Assembly: GCA_965178125.1 (NCBI GenBank)
Contig: OZ237754.1
Location: 372,001 to 436,000 of the forward strand
Source of the DNA: Bilabrum cf. latius
Lineage: Eukaryota
Direction of reading: 5' to 3'
DNA: 64,000 bases
A model generated the notes under the pieces. The model was not told where the DNA came from. It saw only the letters and a list, made by a program, of their open reading frames with translations, and did not search any database. Every line of letters begins with the position of its first letter. Positions within the stretch are counted from its first letter, which is position 1. Of the stretch, positions 37,401 through 50,179 are shown piece by piece. Position numbers and translations under genes: made by a program.

Positions 37401-38906
37401 GACGTACCACGTTCAATAGTGTTGGACGGAGGTGCAAGTGCTGAGCTGCAGTTGCAGCGCAGAGCCCACCGGAGTACAGTCGGTAGCGTCTCTGGGCAAA
37501 CAGAGTCGCACCAATCAAACCCATCGTTGAGGTCGCACCGCACAGGCTAGACGTGGAGCACGGTCACATCGCGAGGCGGCGCATCCCTCGGTGCATGGCA
37601 CGCGGTACACACCGGCAGCACCTGCTCCTCGCACATAGATGCACCCCACGTGTGCTGGGCATCTAACCATGATGTTCTACCAAGGGTCTCCTCGCTCGGA
37701 TTTGCACGAAATTCAATGCAAACGACATCTGTAGGATCCGATAAGCATTTGACCGATGAGGATGACAGGGTTTCTAAGCCGAGTCAGCAGGCTCGCAGAC
37801 TGCTGGCAGGTTCAGTAGTCCAGCAGGCCGAATCTGGTTCAATGCAGTCTGCATCAGATGGACGGGAGTCTACAAGGTCGGTAAAATTCCTTTTCGAGAC
37901 AGCCAAGCATAGACAGCATGCGTCAGAGCGGTGCACATTGCCGGAGACATGCCCAGGCGCATGGAGAAATCAAGCAACGTCGGGGCCAGAACACGGTTGG
38001 CACAACTGGACCGCCCTTTGCAACCTCTTTCGCCCCTTGCATCGGTCTATTCGCCGTATTAGGGTTCGACAAAATGCACTGCAGTCCGGGACGGCATGGC
38101 GTGTGCCTGCTCGCTCCGAAGCGTCGCATATCGGCCGCGCCTCTGTCACGACAGCGCCTATTGGTTGCGAAACGCAGACACCTGCTTCCAAACCGCGAAT
38201 CGATCCAGTGTATGCATCCCGCGCATCATCCGGCGGGGATAGCCAAGCCAGCACGTTCGAAGGAGCGCGGTCTCCTGCCACAGTGAGATCCGGCGCTCCA
38301 GTCGCAACGAGGACGAGCAGCGGCGGAGAAGTGTCTGTGGCAACCGCGAACAGCAGCACAAGAAGCGCATCTAGCGTGTTTCAGACAATGCGCGCAAGTA
38401 GCACTGCCACACGCACGGGAAGTATCCCAGGCGCGCCTGGGCAGCCAAGGGAAGGTGGCGGCAGCGCCAGGACAAGCGCTAGCAGCGATGGTGAATCGCT
38501 GGTAGGCGAACCTTCGGCAGACGGGAGCCCTAGTCAGTGGCCCGCCGTGAGTTCGATTGCAGCAGGGAGCACGCAGCCTGATCCGAGTCCCGGCTGGGAG
38601 GTAGGATCCCAGCAAGATGGGGGCGGCGCGACCCACGCTGCTCCCCTTGACCTGAGTGACAGGCCCACTGGGGACGACATGCGAGCCAGGGCCGTCGCAA
38701 TGGGAGTTGCCACAGATAGTAGCGTGCACTCCGGCTCTGTGGCTAGCACGGACAGGACTCGCACGACCTCGGCTCGGAGCAGGGGCACGGGGCGCACTGG
38801 GGCGAGCAAGGCATCCGTGGGGATCGGCTCCCAGGACCCAGAGACTGGAGAGATGTACACGCCAGAGGCATGGGATCTGGCCAGAGCACAGGCTGGTTAG
38901 TCGTAA
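34413..38906 (+). CDS. Armadillo-repeat protein with an N-terminal pseudokinase-like region and Ser-rich tail (may splice into the next CDS)
   Basis: ARM repeats (GAIDGLVQLL...AAGALRNMA) at ~35930-37300. Kinase-like REMQALKSMPRHKNV and IAEGMLHLKQHG...LDLTLD*IMW. One frame broken only by TAG. Ends at TAA 38904-38906 unless GTTAGT at 38896 is a splice donor. Start uncertain. Confidence 0.7.
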
Positions 38907-39091
38907 TGAAAGCCGTGCGCTGTATACTTGGGCTTTCGAAGCCGCGGTGCGTGGGTTGCAAAAGTTGCGACCTGCAGCCTTGCCTGTGTCTTCAAGTTGC
39001 GACCGAGCACCCATTCGTTCGGAGCCATTAAAAAGTGCCGTTGAGCCAATATTTCGTCTTTGTCCGCTTAAACATCTGCTAGTGCAAAGCA

Positions 39092-42000
39092 ATGAATGGC
39101 TCAAGCACGAACAATATGTGGATTAGTCAAGTTTGGGGTCATGACGACGATGTACCCCTTGTTGAACTGTGCATCGTGCTCCGACCGCTGTTGCATGGGG
39201 ATGGTTTGACTGCTCCAGATGTCCTCCGCGCTGCTGCAGCAGTAGTCCCCCAGGCATTTGGCCCTCCAAGCTCCAACGAGTCAGTTTTTCACATTCTGAA
39301 TGTCTGGTCGCAGCTTTTGCATCCCATCAAAGCAGCAACACGTGATGACGAGGACGAAGGTAGCGGTGCGCGCCGATCGGTACGCCGGAGCGACTCGCCT
39401 TTTGAGGCTCGGTACGGAGAGCATAAGTCTGACGTCGAAGAAGAAGCTAAGTAGAGACTTATTTCTGAGATTCAGGCGGCCAACACCTCGAAGCCACTGC
39501 TGAACTTGGACAGCTTTCGCGTGGCGCTCCAGCATCCGACAGTTTGGCGAGACGTCATGCTAGGACGCCTGCCCTCAGGGGCAATAGGACCCATGCTGCA
39601 GCATTTACCGACATGGTGGATGCTTACGCCGTCGCTTGCCCTCAGCGAGCTCGTTGCAGTCGCTGGAGATGACTCGGACGCCAACAAGACTTCCGGCAAG
39701 TTGAAGGCAGCTGAGCACCTGCAGCTGCGGAGAGGATCGGCCGGCAGAAGCCTCTCATAGACTTGGCACGTTCATCCGCACTTACTGGCTTCCATGGAGG
39801 AATGCAGGGGCCTCCCTGGCTCCATTATCCCCAGGGATAAGCTGCCTGCGGTGCTCGCGAGAATCGCGCAGGCCCGCTGGAGGCACCATAGCACGGGCAG
39901 CCTGCTGGCCATGGCCGCCCATCTCAACTCAACCGGGCCAGGAGCAGATCTAGCAGAATCTGGTGAAGCAGAGCGGCCAGGTGCCGGCTTAGCGGGGGGT
40001 TTCATGCCGCCAGATGGACATGGCCAAGGATTTCATGATCACCCATCGCCTCCTAGGCGGGGTTCACCCACCAGACCTCGCCCAATGAGCTCGGTTCGAG
40101 CCTTGAACGCAGCAACTGCTGAAAGCGCGCGGCTCACTGCCGAGCAGATGCTATTCTCAGCCGAAGTTCGCCTTCTGTGCCTACCGCGACTGGCAGCATT
40201 GCTTGCTCGCGACAAAGCCAGGGGCATTGCTGCGGTGCTCGCGGTGAGAAAGCGAAGGCGAGAGCGGCTGGCCCAGACCTCCGCGAAGGATGAAGAGGAC
40301 GAAGATGCGGCCCTGTTTGGGGGGCATCAGCTCTCGAGTGCCGGCCTCGGTACCGAGAGCCAGGGCGGCAAGGATCCTTCGACATCAAGCCGAGGCGCGG
40401 GTGCGTCGGCAGTCACGGGCGTGACGGCTGGGTCCGAGGGCAGCACTGGCAGGAGGGACGGCATGGATCTGTTTCGCACCACTAGCAAGTACGGCAGCGC
40501 GTCATGGGGTTCGCTTGCCGCGGCTGGAGCACACGGGGCCAAGCCCTCGGGCACTGGACCAGGACAGGCACCAGGAGCCGATGGTGCTGCTGCCGACGGA
40601 GAGCCCATGTGCTGGAGCCTGCGCGCGCTCCTGCGCACCCCGACGGAAGACCACTTGCTCGCCCAAGAGGAGCTGGGGAAGGCAGAGGCTGAGATGCTGC
40701 AGAGGAGGAAAGAAGCCGTGGCTGAGGCGAAGAGGGGATAGGAGGACCTCGACCGGCTGCAGCGAGGCAGCTCTGGCAGAGCCGGCGGGGGCAACCGAAC
40801 GGCGGCACCCATGGCCGTGGCTCTCAAGAATCAAAGAACGACGTGGGTGCCGGGTTCTCCTCGAGCACGCAGTCGATAGCCGCAGGAAAGCGCTGGCCAA
40901 AGCACGGCATCTAGGGGTGCAATTGGATCTGTATCCGATGCAGCTGCTCCCAACAGCGAGGATGCAATGGAAAGCGGGCCTGGGAGCATTCAGGACAGGC
41001 GTGCATCGCTGCGAGGTATGGCGCCGTCGATGGGTTCCCTTGTAGACAATCGCCAGCTGCATGGTGGCAAGGCGGCTGTCTTGGATGGAGCCACTGTGGC
41101 CAGCCTGAGCTCGGCGATGAGGGAGGTGCAGCGACGTCTGCGAGGGAGATCCCCGGGCGGTGGTGAGGTGGCTTCGCTTTGGAGGTGTTACTCTCCTGGT
41201 GCCATACAGGCCATGGCGGTGACAGAGACCGCAATCCGGGAAATGGTTGCCTCAGCCTGTGCCAGCTCAAGGCTGTGGGTCTTTGCGCCTCTATCGCCGC
41301 TGCTGCTGCTCCCTCCAACTGCCCCGCGCAGCGCAGCAGAGGCGCGCGCAAGCCTCGGTCTGACAGCAGGAGGCGGTAATACTGCTAGTCTGCTCCCCAT
41401 AGTATCCAACACTGGGGATGATCGGCTGCCCAATGGCGCCGCGGAAGCAGCAGCTGCGTGGCAATTGTGGCCGTCTGCCGGTGGCCAGTCTGGGCTGCTG
41501 CAGAGGTGGGCGAGGGGTGGTGGATCAGGTGCAGGCGAAGTAGCACGAAAGGCCAGAGCCCGCGTGTAGGCACAGGAAGAGAAACAATAGCGGAAAGAGG
41601 GGGAGTGGGATGGCACCGGGAGGCTGTAGTCGGGAGCTCGAGCGGCCACAGGCGGCAGGAGCACCCTGCGCCAGCGGCTTGATCATCACCGAGAATCTGT
41701 CTCGAAGAGGCGGATGGCAGAGGCCAAAGCACGGGTGAAGTTCGACGTTGGTAAGGCAGCAGAGGCGGCAGGCACGGTGCACCTGGCAGAGTCACTGGTA
41801 CGACTTGACCTGCCGCCGCCCGGCGCCACCTCGGGGCAAATGCAGTCTCCGCTGTTGGCTTTTAGCTTGGTTCCGCACGAGATGCCGCCTAGCAGCGGAG
41901 GAATCGACAGCGATGTACACGGAGTGGACGGTGATGCGGGTGCTATTATGTGCTTGCCGCCGCCGTCACTGGTTCAGCATGAGGCGCGTATGTCGCCTGC

Positions 42001-45000
42001 CGTGCTCCTAGGTCTGCTGCGCGGTGCGGGACTGCTGTCAGGCATCGTGGCAGACAGCGATCTAACAAGCTTGCTCCAAGCCTCCAGCGAGCCGTGGACT
42101 GTGCTAGCAAAACTAGGATCAGGAGAGGCAGGGGACGCTCAGGACGAGGTTCGTAGCGCGGGTCTAAGCCCCATGCTGCCTGGCCTTTCCGACCGCGACT
42201 CTGCAGGGGGCCCGGGTGGGTCCAGCACGGCAAGGCGGAACGTGTTCCGAAGAGATATGGCGGATGATAGGGACAGTCCGCGCAGCGCGAGCCGAAAGGA
42301 GCACGCTCGGATCGGAGTGGCCGCCGCGCTGACGCTGAACCGGTGCATGCGCCGCCTGGGACTCGGCGAGGCCGAGCTGGGGCTAGGCCCACGGGATGCA
42401 GCCTGCCTACTCGCGGCGGCTGCAGGCAGCCTGTGGACCACTGCAGCCAGGCCTCTGGCCGATTCCGCTGGCTTGGGCGAGGTTCCACTGCTGACTATGC
42501 GCGGCGACCTCGGGTCCGCGGCACGTGCTCGGCCGACGTCTGCCATGTCCCGCCGTTCGGGGGGAAGCGGTTCCAGGGGGAAGAGACGAATGCGAAGCCA
42601 GGGAAATTCATCGCTCGTCGTTGGTGGAGTTGACTCTGCTCAGTCGGTCCCTAGCAGCTGGCATGCGCCCATCGGGGGCGTTGGTTTCGTGATGGAGGTG
42701 CTCTCACGCGTTGCAGATCACGCTCATTTGCCCCAGCTGCGGACGCTCGCATCGGTGAAGCGCGGGCACGGGGACGACATCCGGGCAGCTGGAACCCTGG
42801 TACCTTCCCGTGGAGAAGATGCGCTGAGGAGGCGCCCTGCCACTGGCGATGCGATGGGTCGCAAGGTATGCTGCTTGCTCGAATGCATGGCGCCATTCGT
42901 CACCGACCGGAAGGCGGGTGCTGCGTCCGGTATCGCAGCAAATCAGGCCGGACTGCCTGGCGATTTCACTTTCAGTGCTTCTGGACGGCCCGGCGGCGAG
43001 CAGGGTGCTCAAGTGGATGCTGCTCTTCGCGCTGTGCTCGCTCCAACGGCGGGTGCGATCGGGACGGAGGCGCAGGCATTTAGGGCCGCACAGCAAGCCT
43101 TTGCAGCGCTTGGAGAGGCGCACGGGCCTGTACTGTCAGAAATGGCTGCCAGCATTGGCAACGGTGCTTAGGTTTCGGGTAAGTCGATCGTGACACTCCG
43201 CACGGCTCTGGCTGTTGGTTCCGGTTTTGCCTCCCCATGCTCAGTTCCCAATATCCGTTTCCTGACCGCGTCTTGTTTCTCTCCTCGCAGTCAAGTCTGC
43301 CTTATAGTTGTCAAGGCTTGCACTTTTCTTTTCCAAGGACGCTAGAGAAGCTTCGACTCTCACTGGAGTCGGGGACGAGGAGGCAGCTGCCCTTCGTCAA
43401 ATAGACGTTGCTGGCCGGAAGAAGCTTGGCAAGCGAATTCAGAGACTTCTAGAGGGCCCACCCGACAAAAATAAGCGAAAACCACCGTAGAAATCGGGTG
43501 GGATGTCGAAAGGGGCTGCAAAGCCGGGAGATGAGCCGTTGTACGCGACTGTACGCTTCAGCGACTCTATTGCTCGGCAGCGCGAGGATTTCATGGCCAG
43601 CCAGGCACTGTCACGGGCCCTGCGGCAAGACGGTGCAATCGAAAGGTTTGGTTATGATGCAGAAGCAGTCGAGAAGAGGCAGGCGGAGGCAGCAGGAGGA
43701 AAGAAGAAAACCTCCAAAAAGAAGAAGGCCAAGTTCAGGCCTGGCCTCCCGGGCAAGCCGGGCTCGCAGCACACAGACGCGTTCGGCGCCGTGGTTGCCC
43801 CGATGCATCCGGGTGATCTAGCCAATGTTGACTTGACAGAGATCGCTGCCATTGCTCGGGGCCGCTCCACGGACGCGGTGTCCGCCCTCTCCGGTGCCAA
43901 GGACCAGAAGAAGGCATAGCTAGCCGCGCGCGGCCGGGCTCGTGCCCACGCATCAGCCATGGCCAAGTGGAAGAAGGAGTGTGCTGTCATCGAAGAGCAA
44001 GCGGCGGAAGTTGAGGAGGAAATTCGCATCATGCGGAAGCGATACAAAAACATGCCGCACCTGATGCCAGCACTGCCAGAGGTGCCCCGCCCTCCACCAG
44101 CACCGGTCCGGCCCAAGACTCCAGAGAAGGCGGATAGGCCTCCCAACTCCTTCTTTACCCTTGCGTCTATGCTGACTGAAGCAGGAATTGGAATAGGCGC
44201 ACAGGCAGCGGGTGCTGATGCAGTGCGAAGCTCAGCTGCTGCCGATCCCACAGCAGCTGACGGGGCCCGCCTCCGGGCCAGTCGGGGTGCAACCGCCAGA
44301 ATGCTGCTGTCACCTTCCATGCCCGAAAACCAGGGTGCTTCTCATGGTGCTGCGGGCTTCGCGGGCGCGCAACAGGGACGAGACCCTGTGACAGCATCCA
44401 GGACTGGTGATTTCAAGGTCCTACTTCCTCCTACCGTGAGTGCCGCTGTGGGTGCAGACACGGCGGCAGAGGCAGCTGGAGGCAAGGCTGGCGGTGCTGC
44501 CGGGCCGAAGAAGAAAACTAAGGCAAGGAAGAAAAAGGCCAACCCGTTAGACGGAGAACTACCGCCCAATCTGCTAGCCCATGTTCCGCGGAGGCCCACC
44601 AGGCGTATGGGTGCTGCTCTCCACAGCGGCTTCGAGAGCACGGGCGGGGCCATGAGTCACATTCAGCGACAGCACGCAGAAGGTGCAAGCAATGTGCCTG
44701 CTGCAGTGGTGGACCCGTATCTGGCGGCAATGTCCTCGACGATCGGGGAGCAGGCGGTCGCCGACACGGCAAGGAGCATGATCCTTCCTGGGCCTGGGCC
44801 TGGCTCGCAGCTGCGGACTGCGCATTCCAGCGGTACGCAGCCCAAGCAGAGGCCCTAGGGCCTAGCTCAGCCAGTTCCAATCGCCGGCATAGACCCTGCA
44901 CGGACGGCCTCTTTGCTGGGCAATCCATCTGCTGTGCTAGCGCAGCGTGTGGCGTCAGTTGGAGATGTTCTTGAAACGGACGGTTCGGTGACTGGCTCAA

Positions 45001-46418
45001 TGTTTGCAGGGGGTGGGCAGGCTAAGATTCTTGGCAGTTCAGCGCACGTACACCACACAGGTCGTGGCCATGGCAGCTCGAGAGGAGGAAGCTTTGTGGC
45101 AACTGTGGCTAGCCATGGCGAGATTTCGGGCCAAGACTCCGCGCCTAGTGGTATCTTTGCAGCCGAGGTAGCCGACCCAATCGTCTAGATATCCATGCAA
45201 TCGCTTGCCAGTGGCGGAAACGCTATCGCGCAGGCGGCATCCGGTGCCCTCCCTCCTGGGTCCAAATTGCAATGGATCGACGAATTCGATCCGCTGGTGC
45301 TTGCTTGCGTCCCTGCGGTGAATCCGCTGGCAGAGCACGTCAAGTCTGCGGTGCAAGCTAGAGACGCTGGTTCCGTCTCAATTGCCAGGGATGAGGCGAG
45401 AAAGTCAGTGCAATTATGGGTTGAGCTGGCACAGACTGCGCTGCTCGGTGGCACCATCGGCAGCAGCGAGCCGCGTGCTGAGGCCAAGACGAAGGCCCAA
45501 ATGGATGCAGAAGACAAAGACATCATGCTTGCGACAGTGCGCGAAGAGCTGCAGCCGTCAGCCAGCACTGGCACATTGCCACGGCCCGGAACCCTGGCCG
45601 GTGGTGCAGCTTCGGAGGCTGGCGAATCGTTGGCAGCAATGGTAAGGGCAGAGGGCAAGCAGCATGAGGACGCCGCTGCTGCTGCTCAAGAAGCCATTCC
45701 ACCGTCTGTCGCTGACAGGGCGCTCCCTGAGAAGGCGCGGGCAACCGCGGTGTCAGTTCGCCTCGCCCTCATCGTGGCGGGTTGCGAGTCGGAGGCAGGG
45801 GAGCAGGGCAAAGCCCTCGAGTGGATACTCGAGGCGAGGTCTGCATGCCTCGGTGCATCACCCTCGCTCGCCCCTTGGCAGAGTGGTGTACCAGACTCGC
45901 ATCCGTTGCACGCAGATGTCTTGTCTTGGATGGGTGGAGCTCTGTACCGGTGCGGGTAGTATGCGCTGTCGGCTCAATGCGCTGCCCGGGCGGCACAGCG
46001 ACGGTCTTCGTCTAGGATGATTGGGCCGACCCATCCCACGACGATGGTATCTTTGGCAAACTTGGGGGCTGCAGCGGCACATGGGGGTCGCACAGCTGAT
46101 GCCGCGGTGCTCATGAAGCGAGCGGCAGCAGGGCTGAGGGAACGATTACCTGCGGATGACGCAAGGTTGGCAGCTGTGCAGATGAACGGAATGCGACTAG
46201 CACGTGCAGTCGGGCGATAGGAGCCCAGCTTGGGCCAGTCGTTAGGCGGGGCCGCCGTGGCTGCACTTGGTGTTGGCCAGCGCCCCGTAGGCCTTTCGGC
46301 GAGACCTGAGCGGCATGCGCTGCTTTCTGACGGGCTTTTCGCAGCGAAGGCAGGCCCTGCTCTATTCAAGCACGGCAAGTCGGGTGGTGGTGGCAAGCAG
46401 AGGAAGAAGCGCAAATGA
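39092..46418 (+). CDS. Very large Ala/Gly-rich protein with coiled-coil segments and C-terminal TPR-like repeats (kinesin-light-chain type); intron 43179-43290
   Basis: Consecutive ORF fragments stay in frame across TAGs. A GTAAGT...CCTGAC...CGCAG intron restores the frame. TPR-like GPTHPTTMVSLANLG...AAVLMKRA; TGA at 46416-46418. The 5' end is uncertain. Confidence 0.7.
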
Positions 46419-46519
46419 CGACACGATCGCGGATGGATATATACTTGATAAGGTCTTATCCGTAATTTCACGTAGCACCGGCCGCGATTCGACCCAGTCC
46501 AGGTCACATTCACTCCGGA

Positions 46520-49500
46520 TCACAACTACTCTACCTCGTGAGAGGTATCGCCGGGTCTCGCCGCGCCTGCCTCGTCACTGATGCTGCCGGTGTCCATTCG
46601 ACTCTAACGGGCAAGCGCTCGCGCCAACCTCCCTAACTCCATGCCTTCCATGCACTCTGCAACTTCCTAGCTGTCGGCCCCGCGAAGAGGATTCAGGGTT
46701 GTCTTTGCTCTGGACTCCTGCAAGTCCCTCTCACTGCTGTTCCTTCTCGAGGAGCTTCGTGAATGTCGTGGGGAGCCCTCAGATAAATGTCCAATAGAGA
46801 CATGGTCACTTGAGCTGTCTGACGATCTGCTAGCCAGCCCGTGTTCGGGCGAGCCAGCACCTCGATAGCAGTCAATGTCGACAAGCTCAATTCCACGACC
46901 GACATTCAGTACTTCCCTTATCCTCCAGTCTTCCGTTCGAGTTGTGCCACTATCACTTCCACTGTTAGTCGTACTTTCAGCGCCATTCATGTTGGACACC
47001 ACGGAACGAGACTCATGAATGGCTGACTTCTGCTTGATTTCCTCCAGTCCCACTGAGCTCAGCATCGCACCCAACACATGCCGCATCACGTTCAGTCCCG
47101 TGAATATCAGTGCCACCAGCGCTGCCAGATTGCCCCCGCCTCCTCGCCCGCCCTGATATAGCACGAAGACCTGCAGCCCAAACTGCACCAAGTCCTCTAG
47201 CACCACCTGAGGGATGCCCAGCAGCCTGAGGCGGTGAGACAGCTCCCGCCGACGAGCCATGTCGCTGGCCGAGTCCGACGCGTACAGACTCAAGGCGGCG
47301 CTTCGGCCCAGCCGGCTCGTGAGCAGGTCCAGCGACTTGGGCCCGAAGATCGACAAGAACGACACACCGTACACCATGCCCCAGTGCTGGCCCGCATGCT
47401 GCCGCAGGCCGTCCACTGGCCAGCAGCGCAGGAGCACCATAGACACTGCGAAGTTCACCAGCATGGATACACCAATGGAGGCTACAGCGATGATGACTAG
47501 CCCAGGCATCTCACAGCTCCTCTCCCGAACCAGCTGGTAGGTGAAGCTTGCGTCACTGACCACGTCCAACACCTGCAGCCCCACGCTGACAACAGTGAAG
47601 GTGCCGCTCCATGATACTAAGTCGCGCTGAAATAGTCCTAACGAAGCCGTCGGAACAATGCCAGCGAGTGCAATCAAACTAATCGTCATGACGCTGGTGT
47701 CCACACGTACCCTGGGGCACGACTCACCTGCCAGATCCACCGTCCATGCCCCCTCGAAGCACCGACACAGCTCGGCAGCCGGCGCGCCCAGCGTGAGGAT
47801 CAGCGGCAGCCCCACGGTCGTGTTGAGCACAGTGGCACCCTGCTGCTGGGCCTTGGCGATGAGCCGCTGGTCCACCAATGCGGCGGTCTGCGAGGCTGAC
47901 AGCACTGAAGTGGCCGGCTGGGTAGTCCTATCATCCGGCGCAATTCCCACGCTTGGCGGCTGCACAAGCACCAGCACGTTGGTGCGACGCGCATTGGACT
48001 CGTCAGTCCGGGCGCCCACCACCCTGAGCCGATCCACCCATGACGCACCTGTCTCCGCACTTGGTAGTCCTCGCACCGCGTACAGGCTAGATGCCTCCAC
48101 CAGCGCGTCCGGCAGTACCCTCTTGAGTGTCTGCAGGTCCATGTCGGGAGGCAGCAGCTGGTCCGTGGCCGGATCTCTCCACACCTGAAGCGAGCCCACC
48201 ACGCCCACCTGTACATGCTGTGCCTCCATGGACGCCCCATCACCCTCTGGAAATTGACTAGGCGACGCGGAGGGCGACGGGGTGGTGGATGGTGTGGGTG
48301 TGGCGCTAGCAGTACTGGATGGGGATGACGAAATCGACACGGAGGGCGTTGGAGACGCGCTGGCTGACGGCGATGCTGACACGCTGGGCGTGGGCGTTGC
48401 TGATGTTGACGGCGTGGGTGTGGGTCTGGCAGTGTCGTTGTAGGACCATAGTTTGGCTAGGCCCGGCCCATCACTAGCACCAAAGTAGAGCAGCGGCTGG
48501 CTGGCATTCGGTGGTATGAAAGATGTCAGGAAAGCCGGGTTGGAGTTCTCGTATCCGTAGTAGAGATCGACAGCCAGGAAGAGGAATGACTGCTTGGCTG
48601 GGTTGTACCCCCAGAGCTCCCGGCCTAGCGGTGGCTAATCTAGATTCCCACTCATATACAGGGTGTCACCTGGTCCCAATGTCAGGTAGATAGGCGCGAA
48701 AGAGTTCAGCGACCTCGACGGTGATCGCACCTGCACGTCTGTTCCATTTCGAAGGTTGACAATGTAGAGCTGCGAACTTCTTGTGGCTGCCGGGGCTGCA
48801 GATAGTGCTAGAGTTTCGTTGTTCAGCAGCGTCATCCAGCGGGGATCGATAATCTGCAGTGCGGGGTCGACTACCAGCTCTGGGTCATCAGGTGGTTGTG
48901 ACGGGTCAGTGCCTGCTGGCTTGACCACGAATAAAGACGAGCTGCTGAACCCGCTGTTGGCCCGCATGAAGAGCCCAACCGCTGTCGAGACCATGTACTG
49001 GGGCGACGATCCCCCCGGCCCTGGCTGCAGGTCCTGCACCATCTGAGGCACCCCTGTACCGTTGTACCACCAAAGCTCGTCACCCTCAAAGAACGACGTA
49101 GCCGTGAAGAATAGACGGCCATCGAACACCGCTAGCTCTCGTGGATTTGATCCCTGCAGCTGCCCCGGCTGCAAGTCAGCCACGAGCTCGGGCTTGCCCT
49201 GCCCAGTGTACCGGTACAGCTCGCGCCCTATGTCATTCCCGCCCTCTGCCCCAAAGTACAGCGCGTCTGGGCCCAGGCCCTTGTACTGGCACAAGGCTGC
49301 TGGATCAGTTCCAAATTCTGCATTGGTGGGCGGCACCGTTTGCAGGCTCACGTTGCGTCCTTCGGCAGCAGCTGTTGGATCGATTGAGTAAAGTTGTTTT
49401 TTGAAGTCTACACCTCGGGCGCCGAAATACAGCCTGTCTCGATAGATTGTTAAGTCTGTAGGAGTAGAGCTGTCAGTTCCCGGCCTCAGGTCTGAGAGAA

Positions 49501-49858
49501 GCACGGCACTGTAGCCATCTGACATCCACAGCTCCCTCCCGTAATCTTCGGTTTGGCCCTGGAAGAAGAGTCGACCGCTTGCCTCGATCATGGCAGATCT
49601 TGGCTGCACGTCTGCAATGACGGTAGCACCTCCCGTACCGACTACTGGTGAAGGGGATGGTGATGCTGATGGCTCTGAGCTATTTGGAGAGCTTGAAGCT
49701 GCCAACTGTCTCCAACCAGCCTGAGGTCGGGATGCCATCCTCATTGCTTTATTGTTTGTTGTCAGTCCAAGAGCAAAAACCTAGCTAGACCAACTGAAAA
49801 CGTTTGCTGAAATGACACACATTCCAATGCAACAATACAAGTTTCTACATGCAGTCAT
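46520..49858 (-). CDS. ELWxxDGT-repeat (beta-propeller) cell-surface protein with a Pro/Ser/Thr stalk and multi-pass TM domain; copy A
   Basis: Repeats GRELWMSDG, GRELYRY, GDELWWY and GRELWGY; SPSPT stalk; about 6-7 hydrophobic helices including IPQVVLEDLVQFGLQV. Reading TAG as sense adds a signal-peptide-like N-terminus from ATG 49858 and extends the C-terminus to TGA 46520. Confidence 0.82.
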
Positions 49859-50179
49859 TGTAGCACGTAAGTTGTTGATACGGACTGGTTACGAGCTATC
49901 TGGCTATCGAACACGAATCAAGCCACAGTCAAGGCGCTCTCGACATACAAGTAGGTGGCAGCCAAAAAGTACGCTGCATCGATTCAGGCGGGAGCTCGTC
50001 GCAGAGTGAATTGTTGTCGCCTCTGCAAGCAGAATGTACGGAACCAAACACCGCGGCGCGGCGCCGCCGGCGATTTGGGTGGAAGTTTTGAGGCCTCCAC
50101 CAATCCACCAACCTGCAGACGCAGCGCCGGGTTTGCATGCCTTATCTCAAGCGAGCGTCTTTTCTAACCAATTAATTAA

